DNA of 64,000 nucleotides from Escherichia coli (GTDB lineage Bacteria; Pseudomonadota; Gammaproteobacteria; Enterobacterales; Enterobacteriaceae): NCBI RefSeq assembly GCF_048403405.1, contig NZ_CP183135.1; one strand, 5' to 3'. Shown piece by piece: positions 22,514 to 34,253 of this stretch (position 1 is its first letter; each line of letters starts with the position of its first letter). The notes under the pieces were generated by a model. It saw only the letters and a program-made list of their open reading frames with translations, ran no database searches and was not told where the DNA came from. The position numbers and the translations under genes were made by a program.

Positions 22514-23633
22514 ACGTACCATGCTCTGGCTGCTGGTGTGGCGGGCGCTGCGTCTGCGTTTTCAGCGGGTCAGCGTGGTGTTTGCCGCGCTGATGGTGGG
22601 GGCGACCATCGTGACGGCGCTTTCTGCCGTCTGGTTCGACATTAACACCAAAATGAGCGAAGAACTGCGCACCTTCGGCGCGAATTTTTACATCGGGCCG
22701 GGGCACGGTTCCAGTATGCCGCAGCAGGAGTTGCAGAGCATTCTCGATCAGGCGCCGCAGGGGCTGGTGCATGGCGCCAGTCCGTGGTTGTACGGCATGG
22801 CGCGTACCGAGCTGGAAAAAGTGGTGATGGTTGGCGTGTGGTTCGAGTCGCTGCAAAAACTGGTGCCGTACTGGCAGGTCACCGGTAGCTGGATTGGCGT
22901 TAGTTTTGACGACCGTAATGCGATGATCGGCGTCAAACTGGCGGAACGCCTCAACGTGCAGCCGGGCGACAGCATCACGCTGGTGGATCACAATCAGCGT
23001 AAGAATTTGCAGATTAAAGGCATTGTGGAGTCTGGCGATGCGACGGACAACATGCTGATCGTCAGCCTCGACGTGGCGCAGGCCTGGCTGCATCAGCCGG
23101 GCAAAATCAGCCACGGCTTGCTGAGCGTCAGTAACGATGTCGGCCAGGTGGAGAACTATGCCAGCCGGTTGCAGGCGCAGTATCCTGACCTGGAGATTCG
23201 TCCGGTGCGTAAGGTCTCTGCTTCCGAAGGGCAGGTGCTGGATAAAATTAAAGGTCTGATGGGACTGGTCTCGATCGTGATTCTGGCGCTCTCTTCGCTG
23301 TGCGTGAATACCACGCTGATGGCGATTGTCGGCGAGCGGGCGCGCGAGTTTGCGCTGCAAAAAGCGCTTGGTTCCAGCAACGGCGATATCGTGCGGCAAA
23401 TTCTGCTGGAAACCAGCATCATCGCGCTGGCGGCGGTGGCGTGCGGCTGGGTGCTGGGATATTTGCTGGCGCAACTGTTGGGATTAACGGTGTTTAATGC
23501 CGCCATTTCACTGCGTCTGCCGGTGTTGCCCATTACTCTGGTGTTGTCTTTACTGGTCGCCATTCTGGCGGCGATTGTTCCGGTGCGACGCGCGGTAAGC
23601 GTCGAGCCTGCTAAAGTGCTGAAAGGAGAGTAG
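22503..23633 (+). CDS. ABC transporter permease (FtsX/MacB-like), second copy
   Basis: ATG at 22503 overlaps the stop of the upstream permease; similar architecture. Confidence 0.7.
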   Translation: MAAKRTMLWLLVWRALRLRFQRVSVVFAALMVGATIVTALSAVWFDINTKMSEELRTFGANFYIGPGHGSSMPQQELQSILDQAPQGLVHGASPWLYGMARTELEKVVMVGVWFESLQKLVPYWQVTGSWIGVSFDDRNAMIGVKLAERLNVQPGDSITLVDHNQRKNLQIKGIVESGDATDNMLIVSLDVAQAWLHQPGKISHGLLSVSNDVGQVENYASRLQAQYPDLEIRPVRKVSASEGQVLDKIKGLMGLVSIVILALSSLCVNTTLMAIVGERAREFALQKALGSSNGDIVRQILLETSIIALAAVACGWVLGYLLAQLLGLTVFNAAISLRLPVLPITLVLSLLVAILAAIVPVRRAVSVEPAKVLKGE

Positions 23634-23637
23634 CGCC

Positions 23638-24333
23638 ATGTCCGTTACGCATATCCCTCAGGTGGCGATCGAAACCCGCCACTTATACAAACGGTTCGGT
23701 GACGTTACCGCCCTGGATGACATTAATCTGCGCATTGCGCAGGGTGAATTTGTCGCCATTATGGGCGCTTCTGGTTCTGGTAAAACCACGCTGATGAATA
23801 TTCTGACGTGCCTTGATACGGCGACGGAAGGGCAGGTGTTTCTTGATGGCACCGATGCCGCCGCGCTGGATGAAGAGGGGCGCCGTCGCTTTCGCGCCGA
23901 GAAAATCGGCCTGGTATTTCAGCAGTTCCATTTGATCCCGTTCTTAACTGCGCTGGAAAACATCATGCTCGCCCAGCATTACCACAGCGTGGTGGATGAA
24001 GCGGCGGCGAGGAAGGTGCTGGAACAGGTAGGGCTTGGGCATCGTGTGACGCACCTGCCGAGCCAGCTTTCCGGTGGTGAGCAGCAGCGTGTGTGTATCG
24101 CCCGGGCGCTGGTCAACGAACCGCCGGTTATTTTCGCGGATGAACCGACGGGCAACCTGGATGAAGAGAATGAGCAGCGGGTGCTGGATCTGCTCACCGA
24201 TCTGCATCGTCAGGGGCGCACGATTGTGATGGTGACGCACAACCCTGCGCTTGGGCAGTTTGCCGACCGTATTCTGCGGCTGCAACACGGTAAATATCTG
24301 GGTGAGGAGGCCAATCAACATGCGCTGGCATAA
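23638..24333 (+). CDS. ABC transporter ATP-binding protein
   Basis: Walker [10 protein letters not shown], signature LSGGEQQR, Walker [12 protein letters not shown]. Confidence 0.88.
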   Translation: MSVTHIPQVAIETRHLYKRFGDVTALDDINLRIAQGEFVAIMGASGSGKTTLMNILTCLDTATEGQVFLDGTDAAALDEEGRRRFRAEKIGLVFQQFHLIPFLTALENIMLAQHYHSVVDEAAARKVLEQVGLGHRVTHLPSQLSGGEQQRVCIARALVNEPPVIFADEPTGNLDEENEQRVLDLLTDLHRQGRTIVMVTHNPALGQFADRILRLQHGKYLGEEANQHALA

Positions 24334-24805
24334 TGTGCTGTTACTCGCGGCGGCGATCCTGATAAGCGGGTGTAAAGAAGAAAAGCTGGCGGTCGGGGCA
24401 CCGGCCCCGGCGCTGGCGGCGTTTGATCTGCAAGGCCAGGAGTCAGGCCTTGAACGCTGGCAAGGAAAGGCGGTGTACCTGAATTTTTGGTCTGCGGGAT
24501 GCGGGGGGTGCCTAGCGGAAATGGACACGCTGGAAGCGCTGAGCAAAAAATGGGGCGATAAAGTGGTGGTTGTGGCGGTCAATACCGACCCTGAAACGGT
24601 CAGGATCAACGATCTGCTGGCAAAACATCAGATAACCTATCCGGTGGTGCGCGATCAGCTCAACATTACCCAGGAACGTTATCAGGTGATCGGCACGCCG
24701 ACCTCCGTACTGATTGACTCCGAAGGACGCGTTCTGGAGCTACACCAGGGTATGCGTAAGCCGTCTGAGTTAGAGGCCACGTTTGCGCGCCTGGCGGCGC
24801 GATGA
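24320..24805 (+). CDS. thioredoxin-like lipoprotein (TlpA family)
   Basis: Lipobox LISGC after signal peptide, FWSAGCGGC motif; RBS GAGGAGG upstream of ATG 24320. Confidence 0.65.
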   Translation: MRWHNVLLLAAAILISGCKEEKLAVGAPAPALAAFDLQGQESGLERWQGKAVYLNFWSAGCGGCLAEMDTLEALSKKWGDKVVVVAVNTDPETVRINDLLAKHQITYPVVRDQLNITQERYQVIGTPTSVLIDSEGRVLELHQGMRKPSELEATFARLAAR

Positions 24806-24829
24806 ACGACGCGTACGGAGAGATACCCA

Positions 24830-25315
24830 ATGGCATTTATCTGGAACGACGAAAGCCTTGCGATTCTGCGGGAAAACGCGGGCATCCTCACGACAGAGCA
24901 GATAGCGCAACTGCTTCACACTAATATTACCGCCGTGCGGAATATGGCCTATCGGCTGAAACTGAGCCTTCGGGTGACGGCGTATAATCACCGACGCATA
25001 GCGCAGGTTCAGGCGCTTTATGCCTCTGAGACGTTGAGTCTCAAAGAGATCGCGGCGAAAACGGGGCTGACGGCCAGTACCGTGCAATATATCGTGTACG
25101 TGAAATCAAAAAATAAGCCCTACGCCACCACGGAATATGTCTCTTTTGAAACGGAGAACGCCGTTCATTACCGCGTGCAAAAAGAATTTGTCGATACGGA
25201 ACGTTCCCTGCTGGACAACATCTCTGATAACACGCGATTTCGTGAACTGTATCTGACGGACGGCACTTTTTATTGCGCCCGCAATATTAAGTATGAGGTT
25301 TTTATCTCGGAGTAA
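24830..25315 (+). CDS. hypothetical protein (161 aa) with two helix-turn-helix-like segments
   Basis: ORF only; segments TTEQIAQLLHTNITAVRNMAYRL and SLKEIAAKTGLTASTVQYIV look like HTH motifs; no family recognised. Confidence 0.4.
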   Translation: MAFIWNDESLAILRENAGILTTEQIAQLLHTNITAVRNMAYRLKLSLRVTAYNHRRIAQVQALYASETLSLKEIAAKTGLTASTVQYIVYVKSKNKPYATTEYVSFETENAVHYRVQKEFVDTERSLLDNISDNTRFRELYLTDGTFYCARNIKYEVFISE

Positions 25316-25436
25316 CCGGAACACGCTGACCTGCCGGTTATCTTCTGGAATCTCCCGTTTTGCGAAACCGTTCCCGGAAAAATGTCATATTTCTGTCACA
25401 CTCTATGAGGATTGATAACAACAAGAGGTTGTAGGG

Positions 25437-26180
25437 ATGAAAAAATTGATACTCGCCGCCGCTGTGGCAGGGGCTGTTTTATTGTCGTCCGCCGCGCAAG
25501 CGCAGACAACGCCGGAAGGTTATCAACTGCAACAAGTGTTGATGATGAGCCGACACAACTTGCGCGCGCCGTTGGCCAATAATGGCAGCGTGCTGGAGCA
25601 GTCCACGCCGAATCAGTGGCCGGAGTGGGATGTGCCCGGCGGGCAGCTCACCACGAAAGGCGGTGTGCTGGAAATTTATATGGGCCACTACATGCGAGAA
25701 TGGCTGGCGGAGCTGGGGATGGTCACGTCAGGCGAATGCCCGACGCCGGACACGGTATATACCTATGCCAACAGTCTGCAACGCACCGTTGCGACGGCAC
25801 AATTCTTTATCACCGGCGCTTTCCCTGGGTGCGACATTCCGGTACATCATCAGGAAAAAATGGGCACGATGGACCCAACGTTTAATCCGGTGATCACCGA
25901 TGACTCTGCGGCGTTTAGCCAGAAAGCGGTGCAGGCGATGGAAAAAGAGCGCAGCCAGATGCAGCTTGACGACAGCTATCAGCTGCTGGCGCAGATGACG
26001 GACTACAAAGATTCACCGTCCTGCAAAGAAAAACAGCAGTGTTCGCTGACCGAAGCCAAAGACGCCTTTAGGGAAGGTGCGAATAAGCAGGTCATGTCTT
26101 CCCAAGCTGACTCGTTGATTAAAATTTCGCGGATCTGGGCCGATTTTTGTCCCGCAAACACATCGAATCAGCCTATTTAG
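25437..26180 (+). pseudogene. agp: truncated glucose-1-phosphatase gene agp (N-terminal ~200 residues conserved, C-terminus replaced)
   Basis: [76 protein letters not shown]... matches Agp; full Agp is about 413 aa. Confidence 0.7.
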
Positions 26181-26221
26181 GCTATTTTTTCCACCATTTC
26201 TGGTGTTATTTCCGGTTTTTA

Positions 26222-27672
<1,451 letters not shown>

Positions 27673-27688
27673 ATTATCCCACGCTAAG
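27673..27688. repeat. inner 16 bp of the split 38-bp terminal repeat (contains the tnpA stop codon)
   Basis: Minus strand CTTAGCGTGGGATAAT; tnpA stop TAG at 27684-27686. Confidence 0.5.
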
Positions 27689-30092
27689 ACTGTTTTTTGT
27701 ACAATATGGTGTCGACTGTGCGTAATGAGCGGTATTTTCCGGATCCCAGCTTAAGATTATTACGCCAGACGTAATCTCCACTCAGATTGATATGTTCCCA
27801 GCCCAGGGGAGAAAGATGAGATACCAGTTGCTCATTTATCGGGATACCTTTTCGTTTTAGTGACTCAATAGCTCTTTCTATATATACCGTGTTCCACAAC
27901 GTGATCGCCGCTGTCAGTAACGTCAGCCCGCTGGCGCGGTAACTCTGATTCTCCAGCCCACGATCCCTTATTTCACCCAGACGGTGCATAAAGACCGCTC
28001 GCGCAAGGGCATTACGGGCCTCACCCTTATTCAGCCCCGCCTGTACGCGTCGGCGCAGACCGGGATCACGGAACCAGTCCAGCATAAATAGTGTCCGCTC
28101 AATGCGGCCAATCTCTCTCAGCGCTTTGGCAAGTCCATTCTGTTTTGGGTAACTGGCTAACTTTTTCATCATCAGCGATGCGGTGACTGTCCCCTGCTTA
28201 ATCGAGGTTGCCAGGCGCAATACCTCATCCCAGTGTGCCTCAATGTCTTTGATATTCAGGCTGGTTGTTGATATGACGGACTGAAGCCCCGGATAGCGTT
28301 CGGCCTTTCCATGAATAAACAGCCGCTTGTCATGAAGATCCCGGATCCTCGGCGCAAAAGCGAATCCCAGCAGGTGCATCAGGGCGAAAACATGTTCAGT
28401 GAAGCCTGCGGTATCGGTGTAATGCTCGGTAATTTCCAGATCGCTTTCATGGTACAGCAGGCCATCAAGCACGTGGGTTGAGTCGCGCACCCGGCTGATC
28501 ACTTTGGCATAGAACGGGCTGTATTGGTCTGAGATATGCGTATAAATCTGCACGCCCGGCTCCTGACCATATTTAAGATTGACCTGACCGGCATAACGTC
28601 CGTGACTGCCTACCCGAAAGTTCTGCCCGTCTGACGATGATGTTGTCCCGTCGCCCCAGAATGCGGCCAGAGGCCGCGCTTTCTGAGCGTTGACCAGCTC
28701 GGCCAGTGCCGCTGAATAAGTTTCATCTCTGATGTACCATGCCTGAATACCTTCGAGTGACGATTTTGTTGCCCCCGGGCAGGACTCCGCCATTTTTGTC
28801 AGCCCCAGATTGATGCCGTCGGCCAGAATGGTGGTCAGCAACAGTCTTCCGTCTTTTGGTCTGACGTTATTATTTTTGAGGTGCGCGAAGTGACGCGTAA
28901 ACCCCGTCCAGCTGTCCACTTCTTCCAGTATCTCTGTAATTTTCGGATGAGGAAGCATGCCATAAACCAAATCGGCAAAGGGCGAAACACCCGAAGGGAC
29001 GCTGTTCTCCAGCGGAGTGATTTTTACTCCTTTATCTGAAATATCAACATCGGGCAAATCACCGGCAAGCGCCATCGCGTTAACTTCTTCCAGACGCGAT
29101 GCAAGAAGCGTCATACGGGCCTGAAGATATGCCTGGCAATCGGTCTGAACGGCCAACTGTAACTGGTCATTGTGGCGGGATTTCTCAAACTCAGCAGTCG
29201 GGATGAGATAATCATCAAAATTTCTGTAGCGGCGCGATCCTTTTACCCAGATATCACCGGAACGTAGCGCCCCCTTGAGTTCATTCATTACGCAAAACTC
29301 GTAGTACTTGCGGTCGATTCCTGAAGGCGTGAGTACCAGTTTTCGCCAGCTTTCAGGGATAAATCCTGTTGGCGCCGATAGCGGCACTTTACGAAGTTGT
29401 TTACGGTACATTTCCCTGATGGTGTCCAGCGCATCGCTGAGCGTCTGCGCCGCAGGTGTCGCCATGAACTGCAATGCTGACAGCATACGCGGGGCGTATT
29501 TACGCAGCGTACTGTATTTTTCGGTGATCAGGTGAAGCGGGTCGAAATTGCCCTTACGGGACAGAAACCGTGTTTCTTCCAGGCTGTTGATGAACTCCTG
29601 CCAGGGAAGGACATCTTCTATCGCTGCCCAGGGATCTTCACCGGATTCTCTGGCATGCAGTAGTGCCTGACCGACAGTAAAATATTGCTTCAACTTGCTC
29701 TGGATGAGTTTCCCCGTCAGCTGAAGCCTCTCGGCTTGTGTGCGTTTTGCCTGGCTGAACAGAGTGCCCAGAATACGTTCGTGCAGTTCGATAACCTCAT
29801 CAGTCAGTGTGGCCCGCGCTTCCTGAATGACACAAACCAGCGTAGCGTAACGTCTGACATCGGTGAATTTAGCCAGATCTCTGCTGCTCATTTTCCGGCC
29901 CTCACGCGCCAGTTTAAGCAACCTGTTCTGGTGAACGGAAAGTGCAATACCATCAGGCAACCCCAGCGCAGCGATGGAATTAAGCCGGTCGATATGTTGC
30001 AGCACATTTTTACCGTTTATTTTACCCGGAGGCTGTAGCAGCCATGCCAGACGGGAAGGTTGTTCACCCTCTGATATGAGCAGGCTGTCGAG
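27684..30092 (-). pseudogene. tnpA: 5'-truncated transposase gene of a second Tn21-subgroup transposon, cut by IS26 copy 3
   Basis: About 800 C-terminal residues (...HQNRLLKLAREGRKMSSRDLAKFTDVRRYATLV...LGSGKYRSLRTVDTILYKKQS) alignable to, but clearly divergent from, the Tn21 TnpA at 3266-6232. Confidence 0.85.
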
Positions 30093-30912
30093 GGCACTGT
30101 TGCAAATAGTCGGTGGTGATAAACTTATCATCCCCTTTTGCTGATGGAGCTGCACATGAACCCATTCAAAGGCCGGCATTTTCAGCGTGACATCATTCTG
30201 TGGGCCGTACGCTGGTACTGCAAATACGGCATCAGTTACCGTGAGCTGCAGGAGATGCTGGCTGAACGCGGAGTGAATGTCGATCACTCCACGATTTACC
30301 GCTGGGTTCAGCGTTATGCGCCTGAAATGGAAAAACGGCTGCGCTGGTACTGGCGTAACCCTTCCGATCTTTGCCCGTGGCACATGGATGAAACCTACGT
30401 GAAGGTCAATGGCCGCTGGGCGTATCTGTACCGGGCCGTCGACAGCCGGGGCCGCACTGTCGATTTTTATCTCTCCTCCCGTCGTAACAGCAAAGCTGCA
30501 TACCGGTTTCTGGGTAAAATCCTCAACAACGTGAAGAAGTGGCAGATCCCGCGATTCATCAACACGGATAAAGCGCCCGCCTATGGTCGCGCGCTTGCTC
30601 TGCTCAAACGCGAAGGCCGGTGCCCGTCTGACGTTGAACACCGACAGATTAAGTACCGGAACAACGTGATTGAATGCGATCATGGCAAACTGAAACGGAT
30701 AATCGGCGCCACGCTGGGATTTAAATCCATGAAGACGGCTTACGCCACCATCAAAGGTATTGAGGTGATGCGTGCACTACGCAAAGGCCAGGCCTCAGCA
30801 TTTTATTATGGTGATCCCCTGGGCGAAATGCGCCTGGTAAGCAGAGTTTTTGAAATGTAAGGCCTTTGAATAAGACAAAAGGCTGCCTCATCGCTAACTT
30901 TGCAACAGTGCC
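30093..30912 (+). mobile_element. IS26: IS26 copy 3 (820 bp)
   Basis: Boundaries from tnpA ORF 30138-30860 using the same offsets as copy 1; terminal GGCACTGTTGCAAA. Confidence 0.95.
30156..30860 (+). CDS. tnpA: IS26 transposase Tnp26
   Basis: Identical protein to copy 1. Confidence 0.95.
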   Translation: MNPFKGRHFQRDIILWAVRWYCKYGISYRELQEMLAERGVNVDHSTIYRWVQRYAPEMEKRLRWYWRNPSDLCPWHMDETYVKVNGRWAYLYRAVDSRGRTVDFYLSSRRNSKAAYRFLGKILNNVKKWQIPRFINTDKAPAYGRALALLKREGRCPSDVEHRQIKYRNNVIECDHGKLKRIIGATLGFKSMKTAYATIKGIEVMRALRKGQASAFYYGDPLGEMRLVSRVFEM

Positions 30913-30958
30913 TTTAAGCGTGCATAATAAGCCCTACACAAATTGGGAGTTAGACATC

Positions 30959-31558
30959 ATGAGCAACGCAAAAACAAAGTTAGGCATCACAAAGTACAGC
31001 ATCGTGACCAACAGCAACGATTCCGTCACACTGCGCCTCATGACTGAGCATGACCTTGCGATGCTCTATGAGTGGCTAAATCGATCTCATATCGTCGAGT
31101 GGTGGGGCGGAGAAGAAGCACGCCCGACACTTGCTGACGTACAGGAACAGTACTTGCCAAGCGTTTTAGCGCAAGAGTCCGTCACTCCATACATTGCAAT
31201 GCTGAATGGAGAGCCGATTGGGTATGCCCAGTCGTACGTTGCTCTTGGAAGCGGGGACGGACGGTGGGAAGAAGAAACCGATCCAGGAGTACGCGGAATA
31301 GACCAGTTACTGGCGAATGCATCACAACTGGGCAAAGGCTTGGGAACCAAGCTGGTTCGAGCTCTGGTTGAGTTGCTGTTCAATGATCCCGAGGTCACCA
31401 AGATCCAAACGGACCCGTCGCCGAGCAACTTGCGAGCGATCCGATGCTACGAGAAAGCGGGGTTTGAGAGGCAAGGTACCGTAACCACCCCATATGGTCC
31501 AGCCGTGTACATGGTTCAAACACGCCAGGCATTCGAGCGAACACGCAGTGATGCCTAA
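30959..31558 (+). CDS. aac(6')-Ib-cr: aminoglycoside/fluoroquinolone acetyltransferase AAC(6')-Ib-cr
   Basis: [51 protein letters not shown]...; carries GDGRWEEE (W102R) and TTPYGPAV (D179Y), the two -cr substitutions. Confidence 0.95.
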   Translation: MSNAKTKLGITKYSIVTNSNDSVTLRLMTEHDLAMLYEWLNRSHIVEWWGGEEARPTLADVQEQYLPSVLAQESVTPYIAMLNGEPIGYAQSYVALGSGDGRWEEETDPGVRGIDQLLANASQLGKGLGTKLVRALVELLFNDPEVTKIQTDPSPSNLRAIRCYEKAGFERQGTVTTPYGPAVYMVQTRQAFERTRSDA

Positions 31559-31652
31559 CCCTTCCATCGAGGGGGACGTCCAAGGGCTGGCGCCCTTGGC
31601 CGCCCCTCATGTCAAACGTTGGGCGAACCCGGAGCCTCATTAATTGTTAGCC
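31553..31652 (+). other. attC: attC (59-be) of the aacA4 cassette; cassette junction G/TTAGCC at 31646/31647
   Basis: GCCTAAC core overlapping the stop codon, imperfect palindrome, GTTAGCC inverse core. Confidence 0.6.
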
Positions 31653-31688
31653 GTTAAAATTAAGCCCTTTACCAAACCAATACTTATT

Positions 31689-32519
31689 ATGAAAAACACA
31701 ATACATATCAACTTCGCTATTTTTTTAATAATTGCAAATATTATCTACAGCAGCGCCAGTGCATCAACAGATATCTCTACTGTTGCATCTCCATTATTTG
31801 AAGGAACTGAAGGTTGTTTTTTACTTTACGATGCATCCACAAACGCTGAAATTGCTCAATTCAATAAAGCAAAGTGTGCAACGCAAATGGCACCAGATTC
31901 AACTTTCAAGATCGCATTATCACTTATGGCATTTGATGCGGAAATAATAGATCAGAAAACCATATTCAAATGGGATAAAACCCCCAAAGGAATGGAGATC
32001 TGGAACAGCAATCATACACCAAAGACGTGGATGCAATTTTCTGTTGTTTGGGTTTCGCAAGAAATAACCCAAAAAATTGGATTAAATAAAATCAAGAATT
32101 ATCTCAAAGATTTTGATTATGGAAATCAAGACTTCTCTGGAGATAAAGAAAGAAACAACGGATTAACAGAAGCATGGCTCGAAAGTAGCTTAAAAATTTC
32201 ACCAGAAGAACAAATTCAATTCCTGCGTAAAATTATTAATCACAATCTCCCAGTTAAAAACTCAGCCATAGAAAACACCATAGAGAACATGTATCTACAA
32301 GATCTGGATAATAGTACAAAACTGTATGGGAAAACTGGTGCAGGATTCACAGCAAATAGAACCTTACAAAACGGATGGTTTGAAGGGTTTATTATAAGCA
32401 AATCAGGACATAAATATGTTTTTGTGTCCGCACTTACAGGAAACTTGGGGTCGAATTTAACATCAAGCATAAAAGCCAAGAAAAATGCGATCACCATTCT
32501 AAACACACTAAATTTATAA
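31689..32519 (+). CDS. blaOXA-1: class D beta-lactamase OXA-1 (276 aa)
   Basis: MKNTIHINFAIFLIIANIIYSSASASTDISTVASPLFEGTEGCFLLYDASTNAEIAQFNKAKCATQMAPDSTFKIALSLMAF... Confidence 0.97.
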   Translation: MKNTIHINFAIFLIIANIIYSSASASTDISTVASPLFEGTEGCFLLYDASTNAEIAQFNKAKCATQMAPDSTFKIALSLMAFDAEIIDQKTIFKWDKTPKGMEIWNSNHTPKTWMQFSVVWVSQEITQKIGLNKIKNYLKDFDYGNQDFSGDKERNNGLTEAWLESSLKISPEEQIQFLRKIINHNLPVKNSAIENTIENMYLQDLDNSTKLYGKTGAGFTANRTLQNGWFEGFIISKSGHKYVFVSALTGNLGSNLTSSIKAKKNAITILNTLNL

Positions 32520-32628
32520 AAAATCTAATGGCAAAATCGCCCAACCCTTCAATCAAGTCGGGACGGCCAAAAGCAAGCTTTTGGCTCCCCTCGCTGGCGC
32601 TCGGCGCCCCTTATTTCAAACGTTAGAC
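32520..32628 (+). other. attC: attC of the blaOXA-1 cassette (inverse core GTTAGAC at 32622-32628)
   Basis: Imperfect palindrome between blaOXA-1 stop and catB3 start; 5' limit approximate. Confidence 0.5.
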
Positions 32629-32656
32629 GGCAAAGTCACAGACCGCGGGATCTCTT

Positions 32657-33097
32657 ATGACCAACTACTTTGATAGCCCCTTCAAAGGCAAGCTGCTTTC
32701 TGAGCAAGTGAAGAACCCCAATATCAAAGTTGGGCGGTACAGCTATTACTCTGGCTACTATCATGGGCACTCATTCGATGACTGCGCACGGTATCTGTTT
32801 CCGGACCGTGATGACGTTGATAAGTTGATCATCGGTAGTTTCTGCTCTATCGGGAGTGGGGCTTCCTTTATCATGGCTGGCAATCAGGGGCATCGGTACG
32901 ACTGGGCATCATCTTTCCCGTTCTTTTATATGCAGGAAGAACCTGCATTCTCAAGCGCACTCGATGCCTTCCAAAAAGCAGGTAATACTGTCATTGGCAA
33001 TGACGTTTGGATCGGCTCTGAGGCAATGGTCATGCCCGGAATCAAGATCGGGCACGGTGCGGTGATAGGCAGCCGCTCGTTGGTGACAAAAGATGTG
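32657..33097 (+). pseudogene. catB3: catB3 truncated at codon 147 by IS26
   Basis: [71 protein letters not shown]... runs directly into the IS26 terminal repeat at 33098. Confidence 0.9.
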
Positions 33098-33917
33098 GGC
33101 ACTGTTGCAAAGTTAGCGATGAGGCAGCCTTTTGTCTTATTCAAAGGCCTTACATTTCAAAAACTCTGCTTACCAGGCGCATTTCGCCCAGGGGATCACC
33201 ATAATAAAATGCTGAGGCCTGGCCTTTGCGTAGTGCACGCATCACCTCAATACCTTTGATGGTGGCGTAAGCCGTCTTCATGGATTTAAATCCCAGCGTG
33301 GCGCCGATTATCCGTTTCAGTTTGCCATGATCGCATTCAATCACGTTGTTCCGGTACTTAATCTGTCGGTGTTCAACGTCAGACGGGCACCGGCCTTCGC
33401 GTTTGAGCAGAGCAAGCGCGCGACCATAGGCGGGCGCTTTATCCGTGTTGATGAATCGCGGGATCTGCCACTTCTTCACGTTGTTGAGGATTTTACCCAG
33501 AAACCGGTATGCAGCTTTGCTGTTACGACGGGAGGAGAGATAAAAATCGACAGTGCGGCCCCGGCTGTCGACGGCCCGGTACAGATACGCCCAGCGGCCA
33601 TTGACCTTCACGTAGGTTTCATCCATGTGCCACGGGCAAAGATCGGAAGGGTTACGCCAGTACCAGCGCAGCCGTTTTTCCATTTCAGGCGCATAACGCT
33701 GAACCCAGCGGTAAATCGTGGAGTGATCGACATTCACTCCGCGTTCAGCCAGCATCTCCTGCAGCTCACGGTAACTGATGCCGTATTTGCAGTACCAGCG
33801 TACGGCCCACAGAATGATGTCACGCTGAAAATGCCGGCCTTTGAATGGGTTCATGTGCAGCTCCATCAGCAAAAGGGGATGATAAGTTTATCACCACCGA
33901 CTATTTGCAACAGTGCC
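33098..33917 (-). mobile_element. IS26: IS26 copy 2 (820 bp); Tnp26 CDS 33150-33854
   Basis: Terminal repeats GGCACTGTTGCAAA at both ends; boundaries fixed from the tnpA ORF. Confidence 0.97.
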
Positions 33918-34253
33918 CCATCAGGGACAAAGATCTGGCTGGTCGCTGGCATCACCGATATGAGAAACGGCTTCAACGGCCTGGCGGCAAAGGTGCAGAC
34001 GACGCTGAAAGACGATCCGATGTCAGGTCACGTTTTTATCTTCCGTGGGCGTAATGGCAGTCAGGTAAAGCTCCTCTGGTCTACCGGCGATGGACTGTGT
34101 CTGCTGACCAAACGGCTGGAGCGCGGCCGCTTCGCCTGGCCGTCAGCCCGGGATGGCAAAGTGTTCCTCACACCGGCACAGCTGGCGATGCTCCTTGAAG
34201 GTATCGACTGGCGGCAGCCTAAAAGACTGCTTACGTCCCTGACTATGTTGTAA
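33918..34253 (+). pseudogene. IS66-family tnpB lacking its first few codons (cut by IS26)
   Basis: PSGTKIWLVAGITDMRNGFNGLAAKVQTTLKDDPMSGHVFIFRGRNGSQVKLLWSTGDGLCLL... begins right at the IS26 end. Confidence 0.7.

Larger units (their letters stand above)
30093..33917. mobile_element. IS26-bounded resistance unit: IS26, aac(6')-Ib-cr, blaOXA-1, truncated catB3, IS26 (the two IS26 inverted relative to each other)
   Basis: Classic arrangement of this cassette array remnant; no direct repeats flank either IS26. Confidence 0.9.

Noticed and set aside
22386-23474. 362-aa minus-strand ORF (similar long antisense ORFs at 57547-58509, 17953-18696, 3473-4201, 4700-5275)
   Set aside because: Arg/Gln/Pro-rich antisense frames inside well-supported GC-rich genes (ABC permeases, iucA, fetM, Tn21 tnpA); composition-driven, no motifs.
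27684-30683. 999-aa minus-strand ORF
   Set aside because: Chimeric read-through: its first ~190 codons are the antisense frame of IS26 copy 3 (the same MIAFNHVVPVLNLSVF... frame seen in every IS26 copy) fused to the truncated Tn21-subgroup tnpA. Only the part below 30093 is a real, 5'-truncated gene.
30866-30958. Upstream extension of the aac(6')-Ib-cr ORF ([31 protein letters not shown])
   Set aside because: Begins inside the IS26 terminal repeat; the gene starts at MSNAKTKL (30959). The same [15 protein letters not shown] frame appears at the other IS26 ends.
33327-34253. 308-aa plus-strand ORF
   Set aside because: Same artefact: IS26 copy 2 antisense frame fused to the IS66-family tnpB remnant that starts at 33918.
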